From: Victivallaceae bacterium
GTDB lineage: Bacteria > Verrucomicrobiota > Lentisphaeria > Victivallales > Victivallaceae
Assembly (NCBI GenBank): GCA_045653515.1
Contig: JAZOMB010000046.1
Location: 13,114 to 77,113 of the forward strand
Length of the DNA stretch: 64,000 bases
Reading direction: 5' to 3'
The notes under the pieces are model-generated. The model searched no databases, was not told the origin of the DNA, and saw nothing but the letters and a program-made list of their open reading frames with translations. Every line of letters begins with the position of its first letter. The first letter of the stretch is position 1. The position numbers were made by a program, and so were the translations under genes. Positions 17,222-27,201 of this stretch are shown one piece after another.

Positions 17222-18499
17222 TTACTTGAAAACCGAGTACTGCCTACCGGCAATCTTCTGCTGAAGCGCTTTGACATCGACTTTGCGGGTGGAACCTGCT
17301 TCGATGGCGGCGCGGCAGGCGCATCCGGCGGCTTCACCGATCGCCATACAGCTGGCGTTGATCCGTGAAGAGGAGTGCGCCACGTGGTCGACCGAGATCG
17401 GGCGTCCGGCGATATAAAGATTGTTTATGCCGCGCGGAGTGATACAGCGGTAAGGAATGCCGTAGGGCTTTTCGAGCTTATGGCCGCAGCCGCGGTGGAT
17501 GCCGTCGGGAGTGTGGATGTCGATCGCCCAGATCGCCTGGGCGATGTCGTCCTCAAAGTGGCGGTAGCTCTTGATATCCTCTTCGGTGAGGTAGTAATCG
17601 CCGAGGATGCGGCGGGTTTCACGGCAGCCGATTTGCGGAGCATAGTGGCTGATCCAAGCCTTTTCGCAGCCGGGGATCTCTTTGCGGAAAAAGTCATACA
17701 CCAGATATTCCGCCTGTTTGACCGCTTCCCGTCTGATGCGGGTGAGGTCTTCGGGAACGGTGCAGTCGCAGTTGAGAACGTGGGTCATATTGACGGCGAC
17801 TTCGTTGGTGCCTTCTCCGTGGGGGACGAACTGGAACACGCTGTGGTCGATGGGGACGGGGCGTTCAACGCTCTTCCAGACCTTGCGGACATCCATATAA
17901 GAGGGCAATCGGGAGAGGTCGATACCGCCCATAATGAAGACGAGAGTTGAAGACTGGACTTTGCCATCTTCCGGACGGCCCTTTTCAAAGGGACAGCCAG
18001 CCATAACGGAAAGGTCGCCGTCACCGGTGGCATCAATAAAGACTTTCGCCGGGATAGCGGTGACGCCAGCTTTGTTGGCGACGATGGCGTGGGTGATGAT
18101 GCCGTTGTCTGAAGCGCAGCCGATCAGCTGGGTGTAGGAGTGAAAGTCGATTTTGTAGTGGTCGATGATCTCCAGCAGAAACCCGGTCAGGGCAGGGGGC
18201 GTGAGGTTGATATTGCTGCCGCCGCCCTGTTCAAAAGCGAGTTTGCGGTCGAGCAGTTCATTGGCGAAAGCACGGGCGAAACCGGCGACGGCGACTTCGC
18301 CGAGGCGGCTGTAACCGGAAATGGAACCGAGGCGTCCGCTGACCGGGATGCCGCCGGGTTCGCCGAAATATTCAACGATACCGACTTTGAGACCGTCCTG
18401 CGCGGCGGCGACAGCGGCGGAGATTCCGCCCATACCTGCACCGCAAACCAGTACATCATACTGATATTCGGACAAACGGGGGGTGATTGAAATATTCAT
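17222..18499 (-). CDS. FAD-dependent oxidoreductase
   Basis: ORF 17222-18529. The ATG at 18499 is preceded by AAGGAG plus 7 nt and gives MNISITPRLSEYQYDVLVCGAGMGGISAAVAAAQDG (GxGxxG dinucleotide fold). Confidence 0.8.
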   Translation of the reverse strand: MNISITPRLSEYQYDVLVCGAGMGGISAAVAAAQDGLKVGIVEYFGEPGGIPVSGRLGSISGYSRLGEVAVAGFARAFANELLDRKLAFEQGGGSNINLTPPALTGFLLEIIDHYKIDFHSYTQLIGCASDNGIITHAIVANKAGVTAIPAKVFIDATGDGDLSVMAGCPFEKGRPEDGKVQSSTLVFIMGGIDLSRLPSYMDVRKVWKSVERPVPIDHSVFQFVPHGEGTNEVAVNMTHVLNCDCTVPEDLTRIRREAVKQAEYLVYDFFRKEIPGCEKAWISHYAPQIGCRETRRILGDYYLTEEDIKSYRHFEDDIAQAIWAIDIHTPDGIHRGCGHKLEKPYGIPYRCITPRGINNLYIAGRPISVDHVAHSSSRINASCMAIGEAAGCACRAAIEAGSTRKVDVKALQQKIAGRQYSVFK

Positions 18500-18519
18500 G
18501 ATCCAACTCCTTGAACAAG

Positions 18520-20130
18520 TTATCGCCATTCCGGGCGGTTGAGCATTTCAATATAGAGCGTACCTGACCAGCCGTAATCGTGGAAGACCTGATGGAAGGG
18601 GTGGTAAGAACCGTCTTCGGTGCGGCCTTTGCGTTCGAGCTGGGGCGGGGTGAGTTCTTTGCGGTCATCATGAAACTCAAAGAAGGTGCCGAATTCCAGA
18701 TACAATCTTTCCTGTTCACGCAGGGTGTCCTGAACGATGGATTTTGCAAGATCGTGGTAGCCGTACCGTTCCAGACCGAGGGCGATCATATAGTTGATAT
18801 TGGTCCAGACGGGACCGCGCCACATATCTTTTTTGTAGGCGGCGGTGTTCTTTTTGGCGATGGAAGGTACGCGCAGGGGAGTGCCGAAAGTTTCCGGATT
18901 TGTAAGGTGGGCGACCATCTTCGCGGCCTGTTCGGGAGTTGCAGCTCCGCACAAAAGCGGCAGGAAACCGGCGCTGGACATAACATCGGTACGCTGATTG
19001 CCGACCACATCGTAGTCCACATACAAATTGACTTCATCGCTCCAGAGTCTTTCATTCATAAGTTTGCACAAGCGGTCGTGGTGAGCCATCCAGTAGTCGC
19101 GCTTTTCGGGGATGAACATAGCAAGCGATTCACATTCATAGGCGAGGAAGGCGTTGAAGTCGGGGGCATCAAGCTGGATGGCGCCGTCGAAGCGCGGGGA
19201 GTTGTCCATACCGCTTTCACCGCTGCGGCAGTTGACATTGGCTTCGATCTCCCATTCAACAAGACCTGCGCCGTCGGAGTCGCGGTTGGCGAAGATCCAT
19301 TCGATGTAGCGTTCAAGTTTGGGAGCAAGTTCCGCGATCCATTGGGGCGAGGGGGACTGTTCATTGATGGCACGCATCGCCAGAGAAAGCACCGGCGGCT
19401 GGGTGCGCTTGGGATGGTTCACAAACGGGTCGCCGGAGTGGGGGATGAGACCGTCCTCTTCCTGAATGTCGAACATCGCGGAAACGAATTCTTTAGCCAG
19501 TTCAACATCCAGATGGCGCATACCGAGCGCGTGGAAAACGGAGTCCCAGAGCCACATTTTTTTGTGCGGCCAACGGTCGGGGGTGCTCCAGCGGCGGTTG
19601 ATGCGGCCTTCGGGGGCGTAGGTCTGGGTTTTGATCTGGGAGATCGCTTTAAGCAGAGTCTGGTGTGAAGCTTCGGAAATATTTTCCGGTTTCGGGGCAT
19701 AGGCGATGAATTTGCTCCGCAGAGCGATGATATCTTCGATGTTTGCATCAACGAGTGCGGGATTGAAAAATCCCTTTCTGCCGATGAGCATTTTACCGTC
19801 TTTTCCGGCGATGTCGTATTTATCCTGAAGTTCGACGGAGAAATCGCCGTCCAGAAGAATGTGATAGCTGTCGGTCAAAACACCGGAGGAAACGGTTCCG
19901 TCAACGCCGTAAAAGCGGAAGAAGTCGCCGGTAAGTTCAAGTTTTTCCACCTCGCTCCCGGTGTAGCGGATGACGGGCGGGGTCGGGGTGTACGGGCCGT
20001 CTTTCAACTGGAAAACGTATTCATTGAATGCAGTACGCAGACAGAGACCGTTTTTGAAATCGGTCTGACCGTCGATGCCGGAAAAGGCGAGCAGCTGACC
20101 GCCGCCCCAGACTTTGGGAAATTTGTTCAT
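18520..20130 (-). CDS. (alpha/alpha)6-barrel glycoside hydrolase, GH63 / MGH1-like
   Basis: 536 aa with no signal peptide. Segments KKMWLWDSVFHALG, EEDGLIPH and WRGPVWTNINY resemble the GH63/trehalase clan. Confidence 0.6.
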   Translation of the reverse strand: MNKFPKVWGGGQLLAFSGIDGQTDFKNGLCLRTAFNEYVFQLKDGPYTPTPPVIRYTGSEVEKLELTGDFFRFYGVDGTVSSGVLTDSYHILLDGDFSVELQDKYDIAGKDGKMLIGRKGFFNPALVDANIEDIIALRSKFIAYAPKPENISEASHQTLLKAISQIKTQTYAPEGRINRRWSTPDRWPHKKMWLWDSVFHALGMRHLDVELAKEFVSAMFDIQEEDGLIPHSGDPFVNHPKRTQPPVLSLAMRAINEQSPSPQWIAELAPKLERYIEWIFANRDSDGAGLVEWEIEANVNCRSGESGMDNSPRFDGAIQLDAPDFNAFLAYECESLAMFIPEKRDYWMAHHDRLCKLMNERLWSDEVNLYVDYDVVGNQRTDVMSSAGFLPLLCGAATPEQAAKMVAHLTNPETFGTPLRVPSIAKKNTAAYKKDMWRGPVWTNINYMIALGLERYGYHDLAKSIVQDTLREQERLYLEFGTFFEFHDDRKELTPPQLERKGRTEDGSYHPFHQVFHDYGWSGTLYIEMLNRPEWR

Positions 20131-20177
20131 ATTGTTTTATCCTTGCAGTTATAAATTATTGTTTTTTGCTCATATAT

Positions 20178-20206
20178 AATGTAACAGCTGAAGCGTAAAG
20201 TTGCAA
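20178..20206 (-). promoter_or_regulatory. sigma70-type promoter of the GH63-like/FAD-oxidoreductase operon
   Basis: Minus strand reads TTGCAA (20206-20201), 17 nt, TACATT (20183-20178). Confidence 0.45.
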
Positions 20207-20235
20207 GAATAAAAAAAATTATTACGTTTGATATC

Positions 20236-20264
20236 TTATCAAAGATGTTTGTTTTCTTATCAAA
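20236..20264 (-). promoter_or_regulatory. two direct TTTGATAA half-sites 21 bp apart (putative activator site)
   Basis: Plus-strand TATCAA at 20237 and 20258. The proximal half-site starts 37 bp upstream of the -35 hexamer. Same geometry as 1615-1643 and 36542-36570. Confidence 0.5.
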
Positions 20265-20334
20265 TCCGCTGTGGCGTGATTTGAACGGAGAATTTGTTTT
20301 ATGTTGATATTTTGTACTTTACGACAAAAAACAC

Positions 20335-20363
20335 TTGCAAAAAATATGTTTTGGATGTATATT
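20335..20363 (+). promoter_or_regulatory. sigma70-type promoter of the 3 pseudopilin + 3 lyase array
   Basis: TTGCAA (20335-20340), 17 nt, TATATT (20358-20363). Confidence 0.55.
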
Positions 20364-20383
20364 ATACAGATGAGGGGTGTTTT

Positions 20384-21214
20384 ATGTGTAAAATGAAGGG
20401 AGTGTTGTATCCAATGAAAATGTTCGGTTCCGGAAAAACTATGGGAAAGAGGGTTCGCTTCACCCTTATTGAATTGCTGGTTGTTATCGCGATCATCGCC
20501 ATTCTGGCGGCGATTTTGCTTCCGGCGTTGCAGAAAGCCCGTCAGCGCGGACAATCGACCGGCTGTCTCAATAATATGAAACAGCTTTATATGCCGTGGC
20601 TGGATTATCAGGCTGAAAACGATGAATATATCCTCGGCTTGTGGCAGAACGGCCCCAACTGGCAGGGAAGCGCGTCGCTGCGCTGGTTTGACTGGATGCT
20701 TGATTACAAGAAAATTTCATATACTAAAGGTACCGGAATGTATTACTCTGCGGTGCAGAGTAATGTCTGGACGATCCCTTTGCTGAAGTGTCCGGCAAAT
20801 ACTTACGCCTACGGATATTACGGCAGTAACCGCCGCACTGTTTTGAGCTATGCTTATAACTGGTATTTGGGTACTTTCAACCTGACCGGAACAAAATTTA
20901 CTTCCAGTTTGAGTTATTGGCGTAAATCGAGTCAGCGCAATCCGTACATCAAAGATACGCTGCTGTGGAGTGAGAAATGGAAAAATGGCAAAAAAGCCGA
21001 CAGCGGTGAAACCTGGCTCTTTGCAATGAAGAATAATTATAACCAGTCTATCTTCCGCGACAAGGCCCACCCCGGCGGCGCCAATCAGATCTTTGCCGAC
21101 GGTCACGCCGAAACCCGCAATTATATCCGGCTGTACAGCAAGAACCTCTATGTGTGGCAAGCTCCGTCAGCTGATAATATCTATACCTCTATGCGCAACG
21201 ACGTTGCAGAGTAA
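20384..21214 (+). CDS. prepilin-type N-terminal methylation domain protein with a C-terminal H-X9-DG motif
   Basis: The ORF-track start at 20294 lies upstream of the promoter. The ATG at 20384 follows GAGGGG plus 6 nt. Motifs [25 protein letters not shown] and [12 protein letters not shown]. Confidence 0.8.
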   Translation: MCKMKGVLYPMKMFGSGKTMGKRVRFTLIELLVVIAIIAILAAILLPALQKARQRGQSTGCLNNMKQLYMPWLDYQAENDEYILGLWQNGPNWQGSASLRWFDWMLDYKKISYTKGTGMYYSAVQSNVWTIPLLKCPANTYAYGYYGSNRRTVLSYAYNWYLGTFNLTGTKFTSSLSYWRKSSQRNPYIKDTLLWSEKWKNGKKADSGETWLFAMKNNYNQSIFRDKAHPGGANQIFADGHAETRNYIRLYSKNLYVWQAPSADNIYTSMRNDVAE

Positions 21215-21248
21215 TTTGTAATAATTAAATATACAGGAGTTTGCACCG

Positions 21249-22022
21249 ATGAAATCATTTGGAAAAGATAAGCGTTTCACTCTTATCGAATTGCTGGTCG
21301 TTATCGCTATCATCGCCATCCTGGCGGCGATTTTGCTTCCTGCTTTGCAGCAGGCGCGCCGCCGCGGACAGGGCACGAGCTGTCTTAACAATATGAAACA
21401 GCTTCATTTATTCTATGCCCGCTATGCAGATACCTATTCTGAAATGGTTCTGCCCGCTTATATGCCCGGTGTCGGTATGTGGGACGATTATTTGTTGAAA
21501 TACGGCTGGATCCCGTTCCCGAAAAAAATCGTCAAAGGTGATAAAGGTTATTATGACGTAGCCGTTTATAATTGTCCGTCCAACAAACGTGGAAATTCTC
21601 ATCACAACGGATATCCGGTGTTCCAGAGTTACGGCTACAACTATTATCTCGGATTTTACAGCGCAGTCCAGACCAATCCGCGTAACAAGATGGGCGATGC
21701 GACCTACTTTAAAAAGACTTCACAGCAGAATAAGCATGTTAAAGATACTATCCTCTTTGTTGATAAATGGACGATGTGCGACCCCGATTTGCCGGGAACG
21801 ACAAGTGTGACTTTTGACATCCCGCTTGCCCGCTATTCCAAAAATATCTCCTACGGCAAATATGCCGCGCACCCCGGCGGAGCCAACACTCTGCTTATGG
21901 ACGGTCACGCCGAAACCAGAAACTATGTTGTCGCATACAAAAGCAGTTCCAATAACGGACTTTATGTCTGGCTGGACACCGATGGCAGCAAGTTGACCAC
22001 GCTGACTAACCCGTTGCTGTAA
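21249..22022 (+). CDS. prepilin-type N-terminal methylation domain protein with H-X9-DG motif
   Basis: 257 aa. Motifs [25 protein letters not shown] and [12 protein letters not shown]. Confidence 0.85.
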   Translation: MKSFGKDKRFTLIELLVVIAIIAILAAILLPALQQARRRGQGTSCLNNMKQLHLFYARYADTYSEMVLPAYMPGVGMWDDYLLKYGWIPFPKKIVKGDKGYYDVAVYNCPSNKRGNSHHNGYPVFQSYGYNYYLGFYSAVQTNPRNKMGDATYFKKTSQQNKHVKDTILFVDKWTMCDPDLPGTTSVTFDIPLARYSKNISYGKYAAHPGGANTLLMDGHAETRNYVVAYKSSSNNGLYVWLDTDGSKLTTLTNPLL

Positions 22023-22069
22023 AACAGAAAAAATTTTTATCATATATAAAGTATAAAAAAGGAGTTTTT

Positions 22070-22900
22070 ATGAAATCATTCAAGTTTGACTATGGTCAGG
22101 TAAAGCGTACACGCTTTACACTTATCGAACTGCTCGTCGTTATTGCCATCATCGCCATTCTGGCGGCGATCCTGCTCCCCGCGTTGCAGAGTGCGCGTGA
22201 GCGCGGCAAAGCTTCCAACTGTATGTCCAATTTGAAACAGCTCGGTGTCGCCGGGATGAATTACAGCAATGACTACGACGGCCATGTGATCCCTGTCGAA
22301 GTGCCCGGCTTCGATGTCAAAGGCAATCCAATAGGTAAAAAGTGGTATAACTTGCTTTATGACTTCAAATATGCTTCATCCATCTGCAGCCGTGTCGGTA
22401 CCGAAGGTGAAGTCGCGGCTACTCCGCTTTGCCCCTCGTCGATGCACTTGGAGGGAAAGATCAAAATTTCCAGCGGTACAATGATGAGATACTGGAATGA
22501 TAAAGGCGAGGTCGGAGATCATAACCAGCACGGAAACTATGGCAAATCCGACTATCTCGGAGCTTTTATCCGCGCAGGCGGCAGACAGTGGATGGGGCAG
22601 AAGGTCAACCAGATCCGTTGGCCGGCAAAGAAGTTTGCCTTTGCCGATGCAACCCGTGCTGTTATGGGTGACAGTATGAACTACTGGGGCGATGCTGTTA
22701 ACTCCGAAACTCAAAGTTATAACGGTCTTCTCTGGCGAGCCCACAACCGTGCGGTCCAATATGTCGGAATCGACGGCCATGCAGAAAGATTCAATTGGAT
22801 CGACGGCGGTGTGCGGATCGAAATCCCGAATATCGGTAAAATCAAAGCTGTTGAAGTTTATCTGCGCGGCAGAAATTTCCGCGGAACCGATGAATCGTAA
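22070..22900 (+). CDS. prepilin-type N-terminal methylation domain protein with H-X9-DG motif
   Basis: 276 aa. Motifs [25 protein letters not shown] and [12 protein letters not shown]. Confidence 0.85.
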   Translation: MKSFKFDYGQVKRTRFTLIELLVVIAIIAILAAILLPALQSARERGKASNCMSNLKQLGVAGMNYSNDYDGHVIPVEVPGFDVKGNPIGKKWYNLLYDFKYASSICSRVGTEGEVAATPLCPSSMHLEGKIKISSGTMMRYWNDKGEVGDHNQHGNYGKSDYLGAFIRAGGRQWMGQKVNQIRWPAKKFAFADATRAVMGDSMNYWGDAVNSETQSYNGLLWRAHNRAVQYVGIDGHAERFNWIDGGVRIEIPNIGKIKAVEVYLRGRNFRGTDES

Positions 22901-22909
22901 TAAATCATA

Positions 22910-25024
22910 TTGCATATTATGTTCTTGAAAAAAGCAGTTTTATTTTTGACCGCAATGATTTCCATTGCGGTTTTTGCTGATGAATTCGATGCGCCTGTAC
23001 TCAAAGATGAGTGGCGGGAAGAGGTGTTGAATTCATTGGATTTGAATTATCCCGGCTTGGAAAAGGCAAAAAAACTTTACCTTGCCGGAGATAAAAAGGC
23101 TGCTTCAAGGGAGTTTGTCAAATATCTGCGCGGTAAAAAACAGCCCGCATTCTATGTCAATTCACTGAAAAATTACGATAAATCGCGCGCCGCTCAAGGT
23201 TTGGATTACACCTACACTTACGGAAAAATCTCCCACAAATTCCCCGATAAAAAGATCAACTGGTTTTTCAACAAGACCCGCGAAACAGGGCGGCTCGACT
23301 ACGAATGGCAATGGCAGCTGAATCGGATGCCGTGGTTCCCCGCTATGGCGGGCGCCTATGCCGAAACCGGCAATGCCGCGTATATCACCGCGTTTGTCCG
23401 GCAGCTGCGTTCGTGGGCGGTCGCATGCAAGCAGCCGCCTAATAACAGCGGCAACGGTCCCGATTCTGTTTGGCGCGGAATTACCTGCGGCTTGCGGCTT
23501 TACCGCTTCTGGCCCCCTGCTTATGTGGCATTTATCAAAACAAAAGAGTTTACCGATGACGATGTGCTGACCTACTGCTATCTGACTTTGATCCAGAGCC
23601 GTCACCTCAAAAAATACAACAATATCGGCAATATTCTGACTATGGAAATGCGCGGACTTTTTACTTTCGGCGCGATGTTCCCCGAATTCAAAGAGGCCGC
23701 CGATGCCCGCCGTTACGCTGTGAAAACCCTCTACAACAGCGCCAAAGGGATGCTTCTGGAAGATGGCTTCCTCAATGAACTTACCACAGGATACCACCGT
23801 CTGGTCGTGGCAAACGTTTATGAAGTTGCGGTGCTTGCCGATGAATGCGGCGTAAAAGATGAACTTCCGGCAGATTTTGTTTCTTTGCTGGAAAAGAGCT
23901 TTGAGGTGCTTGTCAAGATGTCAACTCCGGCTTTTGACGCGCCTTTGACCAACGATTCAGGCCACTCCCGGCTGGTCTCATTTTTTGCTCCGGCGGCGAA
24001 ACTTTTCCCCCATCGCAAAGATTTTCTCTGGGTGGCTTCCAACCGCCGCAAAGGTAGTGTCCCCGACTATCTTTCCACCGTTCTGCCGTGGTCAGGTCTG
24101 GTCATTATGCGCGGCTCGTGGGAGCGCGATGCCAGTTATCTTGTATTTGATATCGGACCATTGGGCGTAAAGCATGCCCATCAGGATAAGCTCAATATAG
24201 CCATTTGGCAGGGCGAAGATCAGCTGCTTTACGATGACGGCGGCGGCAACTATGCCAAAACTGAATCGCGCAAATATACTGTTTCCAGTTACGCGCACAA
24301 TCTGATCACCGTTGACGGCTTGCCGCAGGTGACCTCCGCCACCATGAAAAACCGTCGCTTGAGCGCTCCTGTTTCGGGAGACTTGAAAAGTGACGGCAAA
24401 ACCGATTTTGCCCGCGGTATCTACGATCAGGGCTGGGGTTCATCCGGCAACCGCATTGTCCGTCAGGAGCGGCAGGTGCTTTTCATCCGCCCCAATATCT
24501 TTCTGGTCTACGACCGGATGATCCCGACCAAACGCGGTGCAAACAAAGAGCATACCTATCAGGCGCGGTGGCACGTCGACACGGTGAAAATGCTTCCGCT
24601 TTATCCCGGTCACCCGGCGATGATATCCACGCCTGAATCGACCATCGAATTGCCGAAAATGCGCGGTAATCCCTCCGGTAAACGCGGCAAACTTATTGTC
24701 GCTCCGCTCTTTACCGTAGGGATGAAAACGGCGCAGCTTTCCGGACAGGATAAGGGTAGGTTCAATGAACTTGCCGGAATTTTTGCTTTCCACCCCTACC
24801 GCACGACTACGACCGTGACCCACGAGCTTAAAGGCAAAGGCGAAGTGGAGTTCCTTACTATGTTCATCACGCTCGGCAATAAAGAAAATTCTCCGGTAAG
24901 ATCTATCCGTCAGCTTGATGGCAAACAGGTTGAAATCAGCTTTTATGACGGCAGAATTCTTACCGTTTCAACAGAAAACAAAACAATCAAAGCAATATTC
25001 AGAAATAGAAAGGTGTCAAAATGA
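22910..25024 (+). CDS. secreted heparinase II/III-like polysaccharide lyase (paralog 1 of 3)
   Basis: 704 aa with a signal peptide. An N-terminal alpha-helical toroid-like region is followed by a heparinase II/III-type block, HAHQDKLNIAIW...LYDDGGGNYA...HNLITVDG. Confidence 0.7.
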   Translation: MHIMFLKKAVLFLTAMISIAVFADEFDAPVLKDEWREEVLNSLDLNYPGLEKAKKLYLAGDKKAASREFVKYLRGKKQPAFYVNSLKNYDKSRAAQGLDYTYTYGKISHKFPDKKINWFFNKTRETGRLDYEWQWQLNRMPWFPAMAGAYAETGNAAYITAFVRQLRSWAVACKQPPNNSGNGPDSVWRGITCGLRLYRFWPPAYVAFIKTKEFTDDDVLTYCYLTLIQSRHLKKYNNIGNILTMEMRGLFTFGAMFPEFKEAADARRYAVKTLYNSAKGMLLEDGFLNELTTGYHRLVVANVYEVAVLADECGVKDELPADFVSLLEKSFEVLVKMSTPAFDAPLTNDSGHSRLVSFFAPAAKLFPHRKDFLWVASNRRKGSVPDYLSTVLPWSGLVIMRGSWERDASYLVFDIGPLGVKHAHQDKLNIAIWQGEDQLLYDDGGGNYAKTESRKYTVSSYAHNLITVDGLPQVTSATMKNRRLSAPVSGDLKSDGKTDFARGIYDQGWGSSGNRIVRQERQVLFIRPNIFLVYDRMIPTKRGANKEHTYQARWHVDTVKMLPLYPGHPAMISTPESTIELPKMRGNPSGKRGKLIVAPLFTVGMKTAQLSGQDKGRFNELAGIFAFHPYRTTTTVTHELKGKGEVEFLTMFITLGNKENSPVRSIRQLDGKQVEISFYDGRILTVSTENKTIKAIFRNRKVSK

Positions 25025-27192
25025 AAAAATTTAAACTCCTGCTGGCAGCTGCAGTTGCGATTTCTGCGCTGGGCGTTTCCGCCAAAACGGCGGCAAAAGA
25101 AAAGTTCGTTTCTCCGCGGACGATCCTCTGGACGACCGAGGTAAAAGACGAGTTTTCCAAATCCGTACTCAAAGATGAGTGGCGCGACGAAGTCCTCAAA
25201 TCAGTGAACTGGGATTATCCCGGTCTGGAAAAGGCGAAAAAACTTTATTTTGCCAACGATAAAGCCGGTGCCGCCAATGAGTTTGCCAACTATCTGCGCG
25301 GACGCAAGATCCCCGACTACATTTCTCAAAGTTTGAAATCTGTCGATAAAAAACGCGCCTACGAAGGTGTCAACTACATCTGGACTTACGGCGCCAACAG
25401 CCACCAGTTCCCCAATCAGAAGTTTGACTGGTTCTACAACAAGACCAAAGAGATCCCCGGTATGACCGACTGGGAATGGCATTGGCAGCTCAACCGTATG
25501 CGCTGGTTCAAGGAGATGGCGGCTGCATACAAGCAGAGCAAAGACAACCGCTGGGCGATCGCTTTCGTCCGTCAGCTGCGCTCCTGGGCAGCCGTCTGCG
25601 GTCCGGCTCCCGCCGCTCACGCCAACGGCAGAGACTCCATCTGGCGCGGTATCGAACAGGGTTTGCGTCTGGCGAACTTCTGGGCGCCTGCCTTCTACGG
25701 CTTCCTCGAAGCTCCTGAATTTACCAACGATGATATCATTCTCTACTGCTATCTCGGTCTTATCCAGAGCCGCCACTTGCAGAAATTTACCAACACCGGC
25801 AACATCTACGTTATGGAGATGAACGGCGTGCTGACCTTCAACGCTATGTTCCCCGAATTCAAGGAGTCCAAGGCGGCGCGCCGTCTGGCGATCGACGGTC
25901 TTTACACCAATGTCAATAAAATGCTGCTCCCCGACGGCTTCCTCAATGAGCTTACCAACAGCTACCACGGCGGCGTTATCGGCGATATGATCCACGCCTT
26001 TATGATCGCCAATGACTGCGGTCTTGGTGACGAATTGCCCAAAGACTTCCTTGCTCTTCTGGAACGCGCTTATGATGCCCAGGTTCATATGATGACTCCG
26101 GCGTTTGATATGCCGCTGACCAATGACTCCCGTCACACCGATCTTTCGGAACGTTTCGGCGGCGCGGTGAAATATTTCCCCCACCGCAAAGATTTCCTCT
26201 GGATCTACTCCAACCGCAAAAAAGGTACTCAGCCGGCGTATCTCTCCACTTTCATGCCGTGGGCGGGTTTCGTCATCTTCCGCGAAAGCTGGGATAAAGA
26301 AGCCACCTATATGTGCTTTGACATCGGCCCCCTCGGAATGCGTCACCAGCATCAGGACAAACTGAACATCGCCATCTGGAAAGGTCAGGATATGCTCCTG
26401 TACGATGACGGCGGCGGCAGCTACGCCCGCAGTATGGTGCGTAAATACACCCTTTCCAGCTTGGCTCACAACCTCGTTTCAGTTGACGGCAAGTGGCAGT
26501 CCACCCCCACGGGCGGTGATAAGTTCCGCATCCTGCGTGAACCTTTGAAAGATGTGCTTTTCTCCGACGGCAAGACTGAATATTCCAAAGGCGTCTTCGA
26601 TCAGGGCTGGGGCCGCGACAAAAACGGCAACAATAAATATGTGGTTCAGGAACGTCAGGTCGTCTATCTGCGCCCCAATATCTTCGTCGTTCTCGACCGT
26701 ATGATCCCCGTCCGTCAGGGCGTTAAAAAGCCGCACACCTATCAGGCCAGATGGCAGGTCGATACTCTGGAATTGCTGCCCGCATTGGCAGGACATCAGG
26801 CGCTTATCACCACCCCCAAATCCAGCATCAGCAACAAGGATCGTGAACGCGCCCGCAAGGATCGCAACCGCCTGATCGTCGCCCCGCTCTTTACCGACGG
26901 CATCAAAACCGCGACTGTTTCCGGCAAAGTTGACGGCGATTGGCCGACCCTCGGCGGCGTTTATGCTGTCCACCCCTACCGCATTACCACCACCATCACC
27001 CACACAACGGGCAAGGTCAAAGGCGAACAGCGTTTCCTGACTATGTTTGTCACTCTGGGCAACAAGGAAGCCAACCCCTTGAAGTCCATCGTTCAGCATG
27101 GCAAAAATGGTGCGGTCGTTGAATTTACCGATGGCAGAAAATTGGAAGTTGCCATCGATAAAGCGGGCAAATTGTCCGCAAAAATCAAATAA
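25021..27192 (+). CDS. secreted heparinase II/III-like polysaccharide lyase (paralog 2 of 3)
   Basis: 723 aa. Its start overlaps the previous stop by 4 nt. It shares VLKDEWRDEVL, YPGLEKAKKLY, HQHQDKLNIAIW and HTYQARWQVDT with its neighbours. Confidence 0.7.
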   Translation: MKKFKLLLAAAVAISALGVSAKTAAKEKFVSPRTILWTTEVKDEFSKSVLKDEWRDEVLKSVNWDYPGLEKAKKLYFANDKAGAANEFANYLRGRKIPDYISQSLKSVDKKRAYEGVNYIWTYGANSHQFPNQKFDWFYNKTKEIPGMTDWEWHWQLNRMRWFKEMAAAYKQSKDNRWAIAFVRQLRSWAAVCGPAPAAHANGRDSIWRGIEQGLRLANFWAPAFYGFLEAPEFTNDDIILYCYLGLIQSRHLQKFTNTGNIYVMEMNGVLTFNAMFPEFKESKAARRLAIDGLYTNVNKMLLPDGFLNELTNSYHGGVIGDMIHAFMIANDCGLGDELPKDFLALLERAYDAQVHMMTPAFDMPLTNDSRHTDLSERFGGAVKYFPHRKDFLWIYSNRKKGTQPAYLSTFMPWAGFVIFRESWDKEATYMCFDIGPLGMRHQHQDKLNIAIWKGQDMLLYDDGGGSYARSMVRKYTLSSLAHNLVSVDGKWQSTPTGGDKFRILREPLKDVLFSDGKTEYSKGVFDQGWGRDKNGNNKYVVQERQVVYLRPNIFVVLDRMIPVRQGVKKPHTYQARWQVDTLELLPALAGHQALITTPKSSISNKDRERARKDRNRLIVAPLFTDGIKTATVSGKVDGDWPTLGGVYAVHPYRITTTITHTTGKVKGEQRFLTMFVTLGNKEANPLKSIVQHGKNGAVVEFTDGRKLEVAIDKAGKLSAKIK

Positions 27193-27201
27193 AGGTGCAT
27201 T

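Noticed and set aside
20294-20383. Upstream extensions of ORF-track starts (20294, 36495, 18529, 55756, 1859, 61623)
   Set aside because: The reasons differ by site. 20294 lies upstream of the mapped promoter, and 36495 falls between its -35 and -10 hexamers. 55756 would overlap the preceding gene. For 18529, 1859 and 61623, an internal start has a better Shine-Dalgarno spacing or gives a cleaner N-terminus.
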